Source: an uncultured Gemmatimonadota bacterium (GTDB lineage: Bacteria > GCA-2686955). From it: 64,000 bases of DNA. Of the stretch, positions 29,435 through 39,425 are shown in pieces (within the stretch, counting starts at the first letter, position 1; the number at the start of each line of letters is the position of its first letter). The notes under the pieces are model-generated. The model worked only from the letters and a program-made list of their open reading frames with translations, was not told the origin of the DNA and searched no databases. The position numbers were made by a program, and so were the translations under genes. The DNA is taken from assembly GCA_964490075.1 (NCBI GenBank), contig CAZBBK010000012.1, positions 1 through 64,000 on the forward strand, written 5' to 3'.

Positions 29435-29615
29435 TAGTTCCCATCCACGAGTGCAGGTCTGCGGCTGCCGGAGCGCGACGGGCCCAGATGCAAGGCGGCG
29501 AAGCCGAAGGAATAGCGGGGCTATGCGGCGCACAAGCCATTCGAGGTTTCGCCGACGCAGCAGATGGGTCCGTCCCGCCCGGCAGCCGCAGACCTGCATT
29601 CGTGGATGGGAACTA
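29435..29615. mobile_element. Palindromic MITE/REPIN-like element
   Basis: Terminal inverted repeats TAGTTCCCATCCACGA(G/A)TGCAGGTCTGCGGCTGCCGG (one mismatch); imperfect pairing continues inward to about 70 nt per arm; TA at both ends; no transposase. Confidence 0.7.
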
Positions 29616-30457
29616 ACTATGGTGGGGCACTGAAGATCGTCCTTTGGGACGTCTCTGCGGTGGAGTGCAGGTTTCGTGGAAACGAAGGTTTTAGGGGAGG
29701 TGCGGTCGACATCAGCGATTCCGAGCCATCAACGGTGACATTTGTTGCCAGTGTCTTCGCCGAGAACGACGGGTTTGCGGGTGGCGCGATCGCCGTCAAT
29801 GAGCAGCAAGTTCTTGCGGTGGAGAGCTGCGTCTTTGAAGGGAACCGCGCATTCCAGGGCGGAGCGATTCAAGGCTACTTGGCGAACCTCTGGCTGAAGA
29901 ACTGTAGGCTTGTCGGAAATACCGCGACTTGGCAAGGCGGTGGGCTCTTCCTCGAGAAGGCCGAGAAGGGAATCATCGAAAACTGCGTGCTGACAGACAA
30001 TCGCGCCGAGATCGGCGCCGCGGTATCGGAGTTCCAGAACGCCATTGAGATCCGACACTGCACGATAGCGAGGAACACGGCAGACTCCGCGGGTGGAGGG
30101 ATCTACGGGGGCCTGGCGGAATCCCCCCGCCTTCACACCAACAACATCATCTGGAACAACATCCCTGACCAGATCGGCGGTCTCAGCGACAGTCTCAGCG
30201 TTCGCTACTCCGATGTGATGGGTGGTTGGCCGGGCACCGGCAATATCGACGCCGATCCGGCCTTTGTGTCCCGGCGAGGATTCGACTACTTGCTGGGGCC
30301 TGGTTCTCCCTGCATCGACGCGGGCGATCCGGAGGTGAGCGACGGTGTCTCCGACTGGCATCCCCGCTGGCCCGCCGGCTACCCGAACGCGGAGCGCTCG
30401 GATATGGGGGCATATGGTGGGCCGGGGAACCGGGGCTGGGCGCGAACACCGCACTGA
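29616..30457 (+). pseudogene. 5'-truncated beta-helix surface protein
   Basis: Beta-helix turns (NYGGAL, CRFRGNEGFRGGAV) begin at the element edge; no signal peptide; C-terminal SPCIDAGDP...SDMGAYGGP. Confidence 0.7.
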
Positions 30458-30543
30458 GGCACGGTGCCGAAGCTGAGATCCACGCCGTGAAGGGCCCCGG
30501 CAACCCGGCGGGCAGTGCAGCGGACCGGGGAAATCAGGCCAAC

Positions 30544-31545
30544 CTATTTCAACAACGCAACACGCCGCGTGGTCTCTTCGTTGCCGACCCGCAAGCGCAC
30601 CAGGTAGACGCCCGAGGCGACCGGCATTCCCTGGCTGCTCCGTCCATCCCATTGAAAGCGATGGCGGCCGGCGGCGAGCGACCGATCCACCAACACTTTG
30701 ATTCGGCGGCCGCCCGAATCGTAGATACCGAGACGAGCGTGCGCGGCGCGGTCCAACTCGATGGGGATTGTGGTGCGCGGGTTGAAGGGATTGGGCAGGG
30801 CGGGACCGAGAACGATTCCTGGCGTGGCCGGCGCGGAGGGTGCGGAGTCCTCGATCGACGTCAGCGTGTGGGCGAAGATGTCGAGGCCGCCCCTGCCGTC
30901 GGCGAGGTAGACGTGGGGATCTTGCGCGGCGACGCTTAGGCCACCATAAGCCGTCTCGTAGCGGGCGACTTCCAGCGGTTCGGTCGGATCGGAAACGTCG
31001 AGGATTCGCAGCTCCCCCTCCCATTGGGTGAGATACGCCCGGTCCCCGACGACCGTGATTCCCCGACTCATGTAGCCGCAGTCCCATCCGCCCACCTGCC
31101 GCGGGTCGGCCGGGTCGGCCACGTAGGCGAAGGACCCCACGACGGAGACGTCGTGAGCGGCGGCCGCGAGCGTGCAGCCCCCCACTTCCCCGGGGCTGTT
31201 CGGGGTCCGCGGCATCGATCACGCGCCATCCGCCCTCTTCGTCGGCCAAATAGAGATGCGACCCGGAGAGCGCGATCCCTCTCACCATGCCGGGTGTGTG
31301 GAGCGATCCCAGCAGGGTCTGCTCCGCGTCGAAAACCAGCACCGCGCCACCGGCCCCAACGAAGGTGTGGACTCCGTCCGTGGCGACGCATTCGGCCGGC
31401 CCGAAGAGTGCCCGGCCGATCAGCTCCTGCTCGGCGCCTCCATCGACCTGCAAGGCGGACGCCGCAGCGACGTTGCCGGTCGCCACGATCGCCGCCAAGA
31501 GCGCCAACCGCCGGCGGAACCGGTTTTGCCGCGTGCTTCGCGCAT
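30544..31545 (-). pseudogene. LVIVD-repeat protein with C-terminal FlgD-Ig-like domain, frameshifted
   Basis: LYLADEEGGWRVIDAADP / LRILDVSDP repeats; PNPFNPRTTI...WDGRSSQGMPVASGVYLVRL. Frame changes near 31190 and near 31525; strong RBS before ATG 31545. Confidence 0.75.
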
Positions 31546-31670
31546 CGGTTCGTCCTCCCCGTGGGGCAGATCACTATGGGACGCGCGCGCGAAGTTGCCC
31601 GCGACCCCAGTGGGGAGGATCGGCGGCGATCCGAATCACGCTACCGGAGCTCTGAGCCTCGGCCACGCGC

Positions 31671-33604
31671 TCAGCGCCCCGGCAACGGCGCGCCCGGGGG
31701 ATCGATCTCGGTGCCCAGGGTCCAGGTCATGGCCCGGTCGATCAGGGCGGCTTCGTGGCTGCGGCCCTCTCGCTCGTAGGAGCGGCCGATCTTGGCCAGC
31801 AGGCGATTCCGCGGGCCGTCGCTACGAATCGCCTCGCGGTAGTCGCGCCGGGCGTCGGCGTGGCGGCCGATGGCGGCCAGCAGGTTGGCGCGGGTGGTCA
31901 GCACCTGGTGGGGGGCGGCGCGGCGCAGGAAGGGCTCGGAGCGGGTGCCGGGCGGATGGCGCCGGTGCAGCTCGAGCATGCGGTCGAGCACGCTCAGGGC
32001 CTCGGAGGTGTTGCCGGCGGCCAGCGCGGCCTCGCCCCAGATGCTCCAGAGCTCGTCGTCGAGGCGGCCGGGGGCGGCGCCGCCGGCGACCTGGCGGGCC
32101 TGCTCGGGGCGGCCGGCGTGCAGCAGGCAGAAGGCCAGGTGCAGGGGCAGGCGGGCGTAGCGCGGGTCGAGGGCGCGCACCGCTTCGTAGGCCGTCACCG
32201 CTTCGCCGAAGACGCCACGGCGCTCGTGGGCGATGCCGATGCGGTAGAGCAGGCGCGGGTTGCGCGGCCCGGCCTCGTGGGCGGCGAGGAGGTGCGGCAG
32301 GGCCCGTTCGGGGCGGCCGTGGATCAGGTGGCGCTCGGCGCTCAGTAGCTCGCCCTCCGATCCCCAGGTGGAGTGCAGCTCGGCGAGGCCGAGGGCCAGG
32401 GCGATCCCTCCGACCGGCAGCAGGAGGGCGGCGCGGCGCGGGCGGGTCAGCCGCAGCGGAGTGCCCGGCATGCCGCCGCCGAGGGCTCCGACCAGTCCCC
32501 AGAAGGGCAGCGCAACCGCGATCCAGCGCAGGTTGGGGCTGGCCAGCGCGTCGACCGCCACTCCCGCGATGCCGGCCAGCGCCGCCACGCGCCACGCGAA
32601 GTCGGAATCGCCGCGCGCCGCCCCGATCACGCCGCGCGCCACCAGCAGCAGCGGGATCGCCGCCAAGAGCAGCCCGACCGCGCCCAGCTCCGCCAGCAGC
32701 TCGAGCGGCTCGCAGTGGGCGTGGCCGACGTTCGGCGTGAGGCCGTTCAGCGGCGCCTCGGGCGGGATGGTGCGCTGGATTGCGCCCACGAAGGTGCCCA
32801 GACCGTGGCCGGCGATGGGCGCTTCGAGCCACAGGGGCCACGCGCCGCGCCAGATGGTGTGGCGCACCAGGGCGGTGCCGGTCGGATCCGCGAAGAGGGT
32901 CCACGCGGCCGCCGCGCCGCCCGCCGCCACCAGGCCGGCCAGCACCCGCGTGCGAGCGCGGCGCGGCGAGAGCAAGAGGGCGTGCACCAGCAGCGCCACC
33001 GCGAGCCCACCGAGCGCCGCCTCCGACCGGTGCGCCGCCACCAGGGCGGTCGCCAGCACCAGCACCAGCCAGCGGCGCTTGCGATCCCCCGCCACCACCA
33101 GCGCCAGCGGGATCCACAGCACACACGAGGCCGCCAGCACGTTCGGGTTGCCGGCCGCCGCGCCCATCGGCCGCATCCCGTCCCAGAAGCGCGGCACCGG
33201 GATCGTGGCCAAGAGCGGCAGCATCACCAGGAAGGGGCGCAGCATGGTGCGCGGCTGGAAGCCGATCAGGACCACCAGCGCGAAGGCGGCGCAACAGTGA
33301 TGCAGCAGGCGCGCCTGGTCGAGGCGCAGATCGAGCGCGGCACCGGAGCTGCGCGCCCAGCCCCAGAGCCCCAGGCCAGCAGCGCCAACAACATGGCGCG
33401 CGGCACGCGGCTCGGTCCTCCCGGGCGCAGCGCAGCGGCCAGGCAGAGCAGCCCCACGCCGATCCCGGCGACTGCTCCCTTGATGCGCACCGGCTCCAGG
33501 TGGGCCGGGTGGTAGGCGAGGGCGATCAGGGCCAGCAGCAGCGCGGCGGCCAGAGCGAGGGGGTCGGGGCGTGCGGAGGTGGGTTTCTGGGGATTGGAGG
33601 ACAT
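31671..33604 (-). CDS. O-antigen-ligase-like (Wzy_C) membrane protein with C-terminal TPRs, frameshift near 33370
   Basis: GNPNVLA, RHTIWRGAWPLWLEAPIAGHGLGTF, HAHCEPLELLAELGAVG, then TPR helices. The N-terminus (MSSNPQK...) is in another frame. Confidence 0.8.
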
Positions 33605-33730
33605 CCTGCGGCGATGCTAGCGCGGATGGCGGGCCACGGATGCCAAACTGGTCTCTAGTCGGCGAGACGGGCGCCGGGGCCGGGAGGGCCCGAGAGCGGT
33701 CCCGCCGATTCACCACGAAAGGAGCCGCGT

Positions 33731-36456
33731 GTGAGACTCTCGATCGCGCTCACGTGCGCGCTCGGCGCCGCCGGGATCGCGCACGCCGCCACCATCACCG
33801 TCCCCACCGATCTTCCCACCATCCAGGGCGCGATCGACGCCTCGACCGAGGGGAATACCGTCCTGGTGCTGCCTGGCACTTACGCTGAGCACGAGATCGA
33901 TCTCGGCGGCCGGGCGATCGTGGTGCGCGGCTCCGATCCCGGCGACTCCACGGTGGTCGCGGCACCGTGGTCGATGCCCAGGGCGCGGGGACGGTCTTCG
34001 TCTTCCAGGCCTTCGAGGACAGCACCAGTGTGCTCGAAGGGCTGACGCTGACCGGCGGGGTGGGCTCGACCGGTCCCGAGGTCAGGGGCGGCGGAATCAC
34101 CTGCCGTCCCGACAGCTCTCCGCGGATTTGAAGCTGTTTCGTGCGCGGCAACCGCTCCCCCGGGGCGGGCGGGGGAATGCGCTGCTTTCTCGCCGAGCCC
34201 GTGATCGAGGACTGTCGTTTCGAGAAGAACAGCAGCGAGGACGAGGGCGGAGGGATGTTCTGCGACTGGTCGAGTCCCTCGATACGACGCTGTGTGATTC
34301 GTGGGAATGAAGCGCTTTTCGGTGCTGGTGTGAGCGCCTTCTGGGAATCGAATCTCGAGCTGGTGGACTGTCTGATCGTGGAGAACCTGGCGGCGGCGGA
34401 CGGCGGAGGGGTCGCCTGCAGCTACGAGAGCGACGGTTTGCTGAGGCGCGTCGTACTGCGTGACAACCAGGCGGCGCGCGGCGGTGCTGCGTCTTCACAC
34501 CGCGCCTCGCCGCGTTTCGAGCATTGCGAAGTCGTCGGCAACAGCGCCCACACCGGTGGGGGGATCCATGCGGAAACCGGTAGGCTCCTCGTCGCCGACA
34601 GCTATCTCGCGGACAACGCGGCGGACGCCAGCGGCGGCGCGATATCCGTGGCCGAGGTGTACGGCTATTGGTGGGGAGGCCTCGTACTGGATGCCTCCAT
34701 GCTGGTCGGCAATCGCGCCGGCGGCTCTGGTGGGGCTGTCTGCGGCGCGTCCGGAGTCACGCTCGACATCGACCATTGCACGATGACGGGGAACGAGGCC
34801 GGATCGGAAGGGGGGGCGGTCTATTGCGGGCAGAGTCTCGCGATCAAGAGCAGCATAGTTCGATACAATGGAACGGACGCCATCGCCGGGTATCAGCCCT
34901 ACGGTGAAGTCCTGGTCTCCTACAGCAACATCCAGGGAGGGTGGCTCGGCGAGGGCAACATCGACCTCTATCCGCTCTTCTGCGACGCCGGATGCGGGGC
35001 GATCAACGATCTGTCGCTTGCTGCCGACTCGCCCTGCGTGGGGACCGGTGAGGGCGGTAGCAACATGGGCAGCTACGGCGTCGGTTGCGACACACCGGTG
35101 CGCATGGGCACGATCCGGGTTCCGAGCGATGTGGCCGAGATCGGCGCCGCGGCGGCGCTGCTCTGCGATGGCGACACCTTGTTGATCGAACCGGGGACCT
35201 ACCGGGAATGGGGGATCGAGCTGCCGCCACGTGAGATCGTCGTCACCGGCAGCGCACCCGAGGATTCCATCGCGGTCGCCGCGACGGTCGTCGATGGAGA
35301 TCGACAGGGCGTGGTGTTGGCGATGGAGCTCGAAAGCGATCGGCCACGGAGGATCCAGGGGATTACGATCACCGGAGGGCGCGGAGCCGACGGCGGTGGA
35401 ATCGTCTGCCGCGGCGGCGCGGAAACGATGATCGAATGGTGCGCGATCGTCGACAACGAAAGTCACGGTTCGGGCGCCGGACTGCTCATCGAGGGTACCG
35501 ACACCTTCGTGTCCCATTGTGTCTTCGCCGACAATCGAGCCCAGATGGACGGAGGAGGCGCGTGGATCGATGGCCGAAAAGCCGAGATCGCGCTGTCGGA
35601 CTGCGTCTTCGTCCGCAACTCCTGCGGTGGAGGTGGAGGCGGCTTGTTCGTGGGTCCGGCTGCATCGCGGCTGAGCGCGGGATCTGGTGTCTTCGTCGGG
35701 AATGAGGCGGTCGGAGCGGGGGGGGGCTTGCTCGCTGAAAGCTACGCGGATCTCGAGGGCTGCCTTCTCCTACGCAATCGGTCCAGCAACGGCGGCGGGT
35801 TGTACCGCCGCGGTGGCAGCCTCGAGCGCTGTGATATCCGCGACAATATCTCCTCGGGGCCTGGCGGAGGTACCGGCGGTTGGCCCTCCGATTTCATCTA
35901 CTGCGTGATACGCAACAACCAGGCAGCCGAGGCTGGGGGAGGGATCTACGCTTCCAGGATCGACATGGTGGGTTGCCTGATCGTGGAGAACTCAGCGAAT
36001 CAGGGCGGTGGGATGAGGATTCGCATCTCCGAGAGCGAAATCGTCAACTCGACGATCGCCGAGAATCGGGCATGGAACGGTGGCGGCATGCTTCTGGACG
36101 GCACCTACTCCGGTGATATGAACAACTGCATCGTGTGGGGCAACAGCGGCGATCAGATCACGCCCGGGACCTCGATCAATGTCAGCTACTCTTCGATCGA
36201 AGGAGGATGGCGCGGCACCGGCAACCTCGACGCACACCCCCGCTTCTTCTCCCGCCAGGGCTTCGACTACCTGCTCGGACCCGAGTCGCCTGCCGTCGAT
36301 GCCGGCGATCCGGAGATCGAGGACCAGATCTACGACGCCCACCCCCGCTGGCCGGTCCAGGTGCCGAACGGCGTGCGCTCCGACATGGGCGCCTATGGCG
36401 GGCCGGAGAACCGCGCCTGGTACGTCCGCCGCATGGGCGGAGAGGAGGGCTCGTGA
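33731..36456 (+). pseudogene. Large tandem beta-helix surface protein, disrupted (frameshift about 33963, TGA 34129-34131)
   Basis: Signal peptide and TITVPTDLPTIQGAIDA in one frame; continues TVVDAQGAGTVF...SPRI*SCFVRGN in the frame of ORF 34141-36456; two beta-helix units. Confidence 0.8.
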
Positions 36457-38330
36457 TGGTGGGCTGGAGCGGATTACTGATCGTCTCGGTCGCCTTGACG
36501 GCAAACGACGCGCCCTGGGAGTGCACCGCCGTGGCCTGGGCCAGCGGAATGGTGGTGGGGGGCGGTGGAGAGCGGATCGTGGCGGCGCGGCCGAATCGAC
36601 CGCCGTCCGTGGTGCGCATCACGGGAGTGGTGCGCGATCTCGACGCCGAAGGTCGCCGGGTGGCGGTCGCGGCCGACTGGGCGGGAGTTCATCTCTTCGA
36701 GGTCGGCGGGGCGGTCGAGCTCGCCATGACGATCCCCACGAGCGACGCGGCGGTGGCGCTCGATCTCGACCACGAGACCCTGGCGATCGCCGGGGCCAGC
36801 GCTGGCGCGAGCATTCTGCGACTGCACGAGGGACGAGTCGACTGGCGAATCGATCACGACCTGGATGCGGAAATCGTCGACGTGCAAGTCGACGGGACGA
36901 GCGTCTGGGCCGCCTCCTCCGACGGCAGAATGTGGAGACTGCGCGGAGAGCGGATCTCCGGTCCCTTCGCGATCCCTGGGAATGGCGCCCAGCCGCGCTT
37001 TGTCGCCGCCAACGACGGAATCTCGGTCTGTCGGGGCAGCCGGTTGATGCGGCTCGACGAGGGTGGCGTCATTTCGGTCGGCCGCCTGGTGCACGGCGGC
37101 GACGGCGAATGGCTCTACGGTCCGGGCGGGATTCTACGCCGGGACGACAGCGCGGGCGGGGTCCAAGAGGTGCTGCTGCGGCGCGATCCGATGGTCTGGG
37201 CGATCGCCAGCGAGAGGGACCGCCTCGCCCTTGCCGAGGGAGCGCGGGGCGTTGGCATCTGGCGGGTCGACGGCCACCGGCGGCCGCTGCGCCTCGGCAG
37301 TCTGCGACCCGGCGGATGGAGCTCGATCGCGGACACCGCCTCGGCGACACCCGAGGAAGCGCCCTGGGAGACGGCTCTGTTGCCGATCGGTGGATTGTCG
37401 TTGGCCGGCCGCCCGCTCTCCATCACGGTGCAGAATTCGATCGCCTGCGTGGCGGCGGCCGAGCGCGGACTGCGGGTGATCGATGTGTCGAATCCCGCGC
37501 GGCCGATCGAGGTCGGCTGCTACGACGCCGCCGACAGCTCGGTCTATCTGAACGAAGTGCTGTTTCACCAGGGCTACCTGATCGCCGGAGGAGACATCGA
37601 TTTCGATGACCAGATGATCCGCATCTTCGATGTCTCGACGGCCTCCGATCCGGTGCTGGTCTCAAGCCATCCCACTTCTGGTCGCGTGCGCGGAATCGAT
37701 GCAATCGGCGACCGCATCTACGCATCGGGTGGTTACCAATTCTCCGGCGGCTATCCCAAGCTCTGGACCATCGACATCAAGGAGATCGACTACCCACGGC
37801 TGATCGGCGCGCAATCCGGGTACACCTCCGGCACCTACTACAGCGCGATCGCAGTCGATCCCGCGGCCGACTTTGCCCTATGTTACTTCTACCACGTTCC
37901 CTATCGCCTGTACAGCTGCGATGTCACTTTTCCGGAAGTGTGCGGCTTTTCATGGAATCTCTGGGCGACCGGCGCCACCGACATGGAGGTAGCCGGCGAC
38001 ATCCTGCACCAGGCATCCGGAGGCTTCGATCGTGGCAGCTACCGAGCCGTCCAGATCGATCACCAGGGCTTCATGAAGGTCGAGGCAACTCTGTCGCTGG
38101 CCGGCGGCGAGATGGAGCGATTGGCCGTGAAGGGCGATCGAGTCTACGGAGCGGGCAACGGCTGGCTCTGGGTGCTCGATGTTTCGAATCCGCGCGCCCC
38201 CGAGCTGGTCTACGAGCCCGAGGCCGTTCCGGGCGCCACCGATGTCGCCCTCGACGACGCCGGCTTCCTCTACGTCTCCCTCGCCGAGGAGGGGCTGCGC
38301 ATCTACCGGATCTTCGATCCGCGCTGGTAG
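36456..38330 (+). CDS. LVIVD-repeat beta-propeller secreted protein
   Basis: GLRVIDVSNPARPIEVG, IRIFDVSTASDP, LWVLDVSNPRAPELV; start overlaps the upstream stop. Confidence 0.78.
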   Translation: MVGWSGLLIVSVALTANDAPWECTAVAWASGMVVGGGGERIVAARPNRPPSVVRITGVVRDLDAEGRRVAVAADWAGVHLFEVGGAVELAMTIPTSDAAVALDLDHETLAIAGASAGASILRLHEGRVDWRIDHDLDAEIVDVQVDGTSVWAASSDGRMWRLRGERISGPFAIPGNGAQPRFVAANDGISVCRGSRLMRLDEGGVISVGRLVHGGDGEWLYGPGGILRRDDSAGGVQEVLLRRDPMVWAIASERDRLALAEGARGVGIWRVDGHRRPLRLGSLRPGGWSSIADTASATPEEAPWETALLPIGGLSLAGRPLSITVQNSIACVAAAERGLRVIDVSNPARPIEVGCYDAADSSVYLNEVLFHQGYLIAGGDIDFDDQMIRIFDVSTASDPVLVSSHPTSGRVRGIDAIGDRIYASGGYQFSGGYPKLWTIDIKEIDYPRLIGAQSGYTSGTYYSAIAVDPAADFALCYFYHVPYRLYSCDVTFPEVCGFSWNLWATGATDMEVAGDILHQASGGFDRGSYRAVQIDHQGFMKVEATLSLAGGEMERLAVKGDRVYGAGNGWLWVLDVSNPRAPELVYEPEAVPGATDVALDDAGFLYVSLAEEGLRIYRIFDPRW

Positions 38331-38522
38331 TCAGGAGCCTCGTGCCTTGGGCATGATCGCCCACAGCGCCACGTAGGCGAGAATCCCAGGAAAGGCGATC
38401 GAGGCGATGGAGAAGACCACGTAGAGGATCCGCACCAGGGTGGGGCTCCAGCCCAACCAGTCGGCGATGCCGCCGCATACGCCGGCGATGATCTTGTGCT
38501 CCGAGGAACGATGTAGGGGCAT
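38331..38522 (-). CDS. pspC: PspC-domain protein
   Basis: LHRSSEHKIIAGVCGGIADWLGWSPTLVRIL...AYVALWAIMP. Confidence 0.9.
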   Translation of the reverse strand: MPLHRSSEHKIIAGVCGGIADWLGWSPTLVRILYVVFSIASIAFPGILAYVALWAIMPKARGS

Positions 38523-38630
38523 TGCGTGCTTACCGCGCGGTCCGCCTTCCGGCGGAGCAGGACAGGGGATTGAGCTCATGGGTTCAAGGTATCATGCGCC
38601 TCGCGATTCGCTCCCGCCACCGAAACAACC

Positions 38631-39425
38631 ATGAGTCTTACCAAGAAGCTACGCCGCATCCTGCATCCGGCTCCGGCCCGAGCGCCGGATTTCCTCATCA
38701 TCGGAGTCGCCAAGGGGGCGACCACGACGCTGATGGCGAATCTGAACCGCCATCTCGATCTCTTCCTGCCGGCGAAGGAGATCGAGTTCTTCTCGTCCGA
38801 TGCCGAGTTCGCCAAGGGTCGCGCCTGGTACCAAGCCCATTTCAAGACCTTCAAACGCCTGGCGGGCGACAAGAGCCCGGGTACGATTTATCACCTGCGC
38901 GCCCACCGGCGCATGGCCGCGATGCTGCCCCGCGCCAAGCTGATCCTGCTGCTCCGCGACCCGGTCCGGCGCGCGATCTCGAACTGGAACATGCGTGTCG
39001 CCAAGGGACGCATCCGTGACTTTACCGCAGAGGGCGACCCCTCGTTCACCGCGCTGGTCGACCACTACCTGCGCCTGCGAGGCTCCGAGCGCGCCCGACT
39101 GCAGCCCTTCGACATCATCCACCGCGGCCTCTACGCCGAGCAGATCGAGCACCTGCTCGGCTTCTACCCGCGCGACCAGCTCCACATCGCCATCACCGAG
39201 CACCTGGCGGCAGATCCCGACTCATGCATTTCGCCGATCTTCGCCTTTCTCGGTGTCCCGACGATTCCGCCGCATCCCGGCATTCGGCGCCGCGCCGGGC
39301 GCTACCCGGCCGCGGCGATCGAGGAGTCGGCGCGCGACCGACTGCGGGAGCTCTACCGGCCCCACAACGAGCGTCTCTTCGAGCTGCTCGGGCGGCGCAT
39401 CGCCGAGTGGGAGGAGGACCGGTGA
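38631..39425 (+). CDS. PAPS-dependent sulfotransferase
   Basis: 5'-PSB PDFLIIGVAKGATTTL, KEIEFF, 3'-PB LLRDPVRRAIS, RGLYAEQIE. Confidence 0.9.
   Translation: MSLTKKLRRILHPAPARAPDFLIIGVAKGATTTLMANLNRHLDLFLPAKEIEFFSSDAEFAKGRAWYQAHFKTFKRLAGDKSPGTIYHLRAHRRMAAMLPRAKLILLLRDPVRRAISNWNMRVAKGRIRDFTAEGDPSFTALVDHYLRLRGSERARLQPFDIIHRGLYAEQIEHLLGFYPRDQLHIAITEHLAADPDSCISPIFAFLGVPTIPPHPGIRRRAGRYPAAAIEESARDRLRELYRPHNERLFELLGRRIAEWEEDR

Noticed and set aside
29435-29615. CRISPR array or diversity-generating retroelement
   Set aside because: The repeats are inverted rather than regularly spaced direct repeats, and no cas or reverse transcriptase gene is in the window.
34129-34131. TGA as selenocysteine or genetic-code reassignment
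   Set aside because: The position corresponds to Arg in sister repeats, the gene also has a frameshift, and TGA ends many genes in this window.
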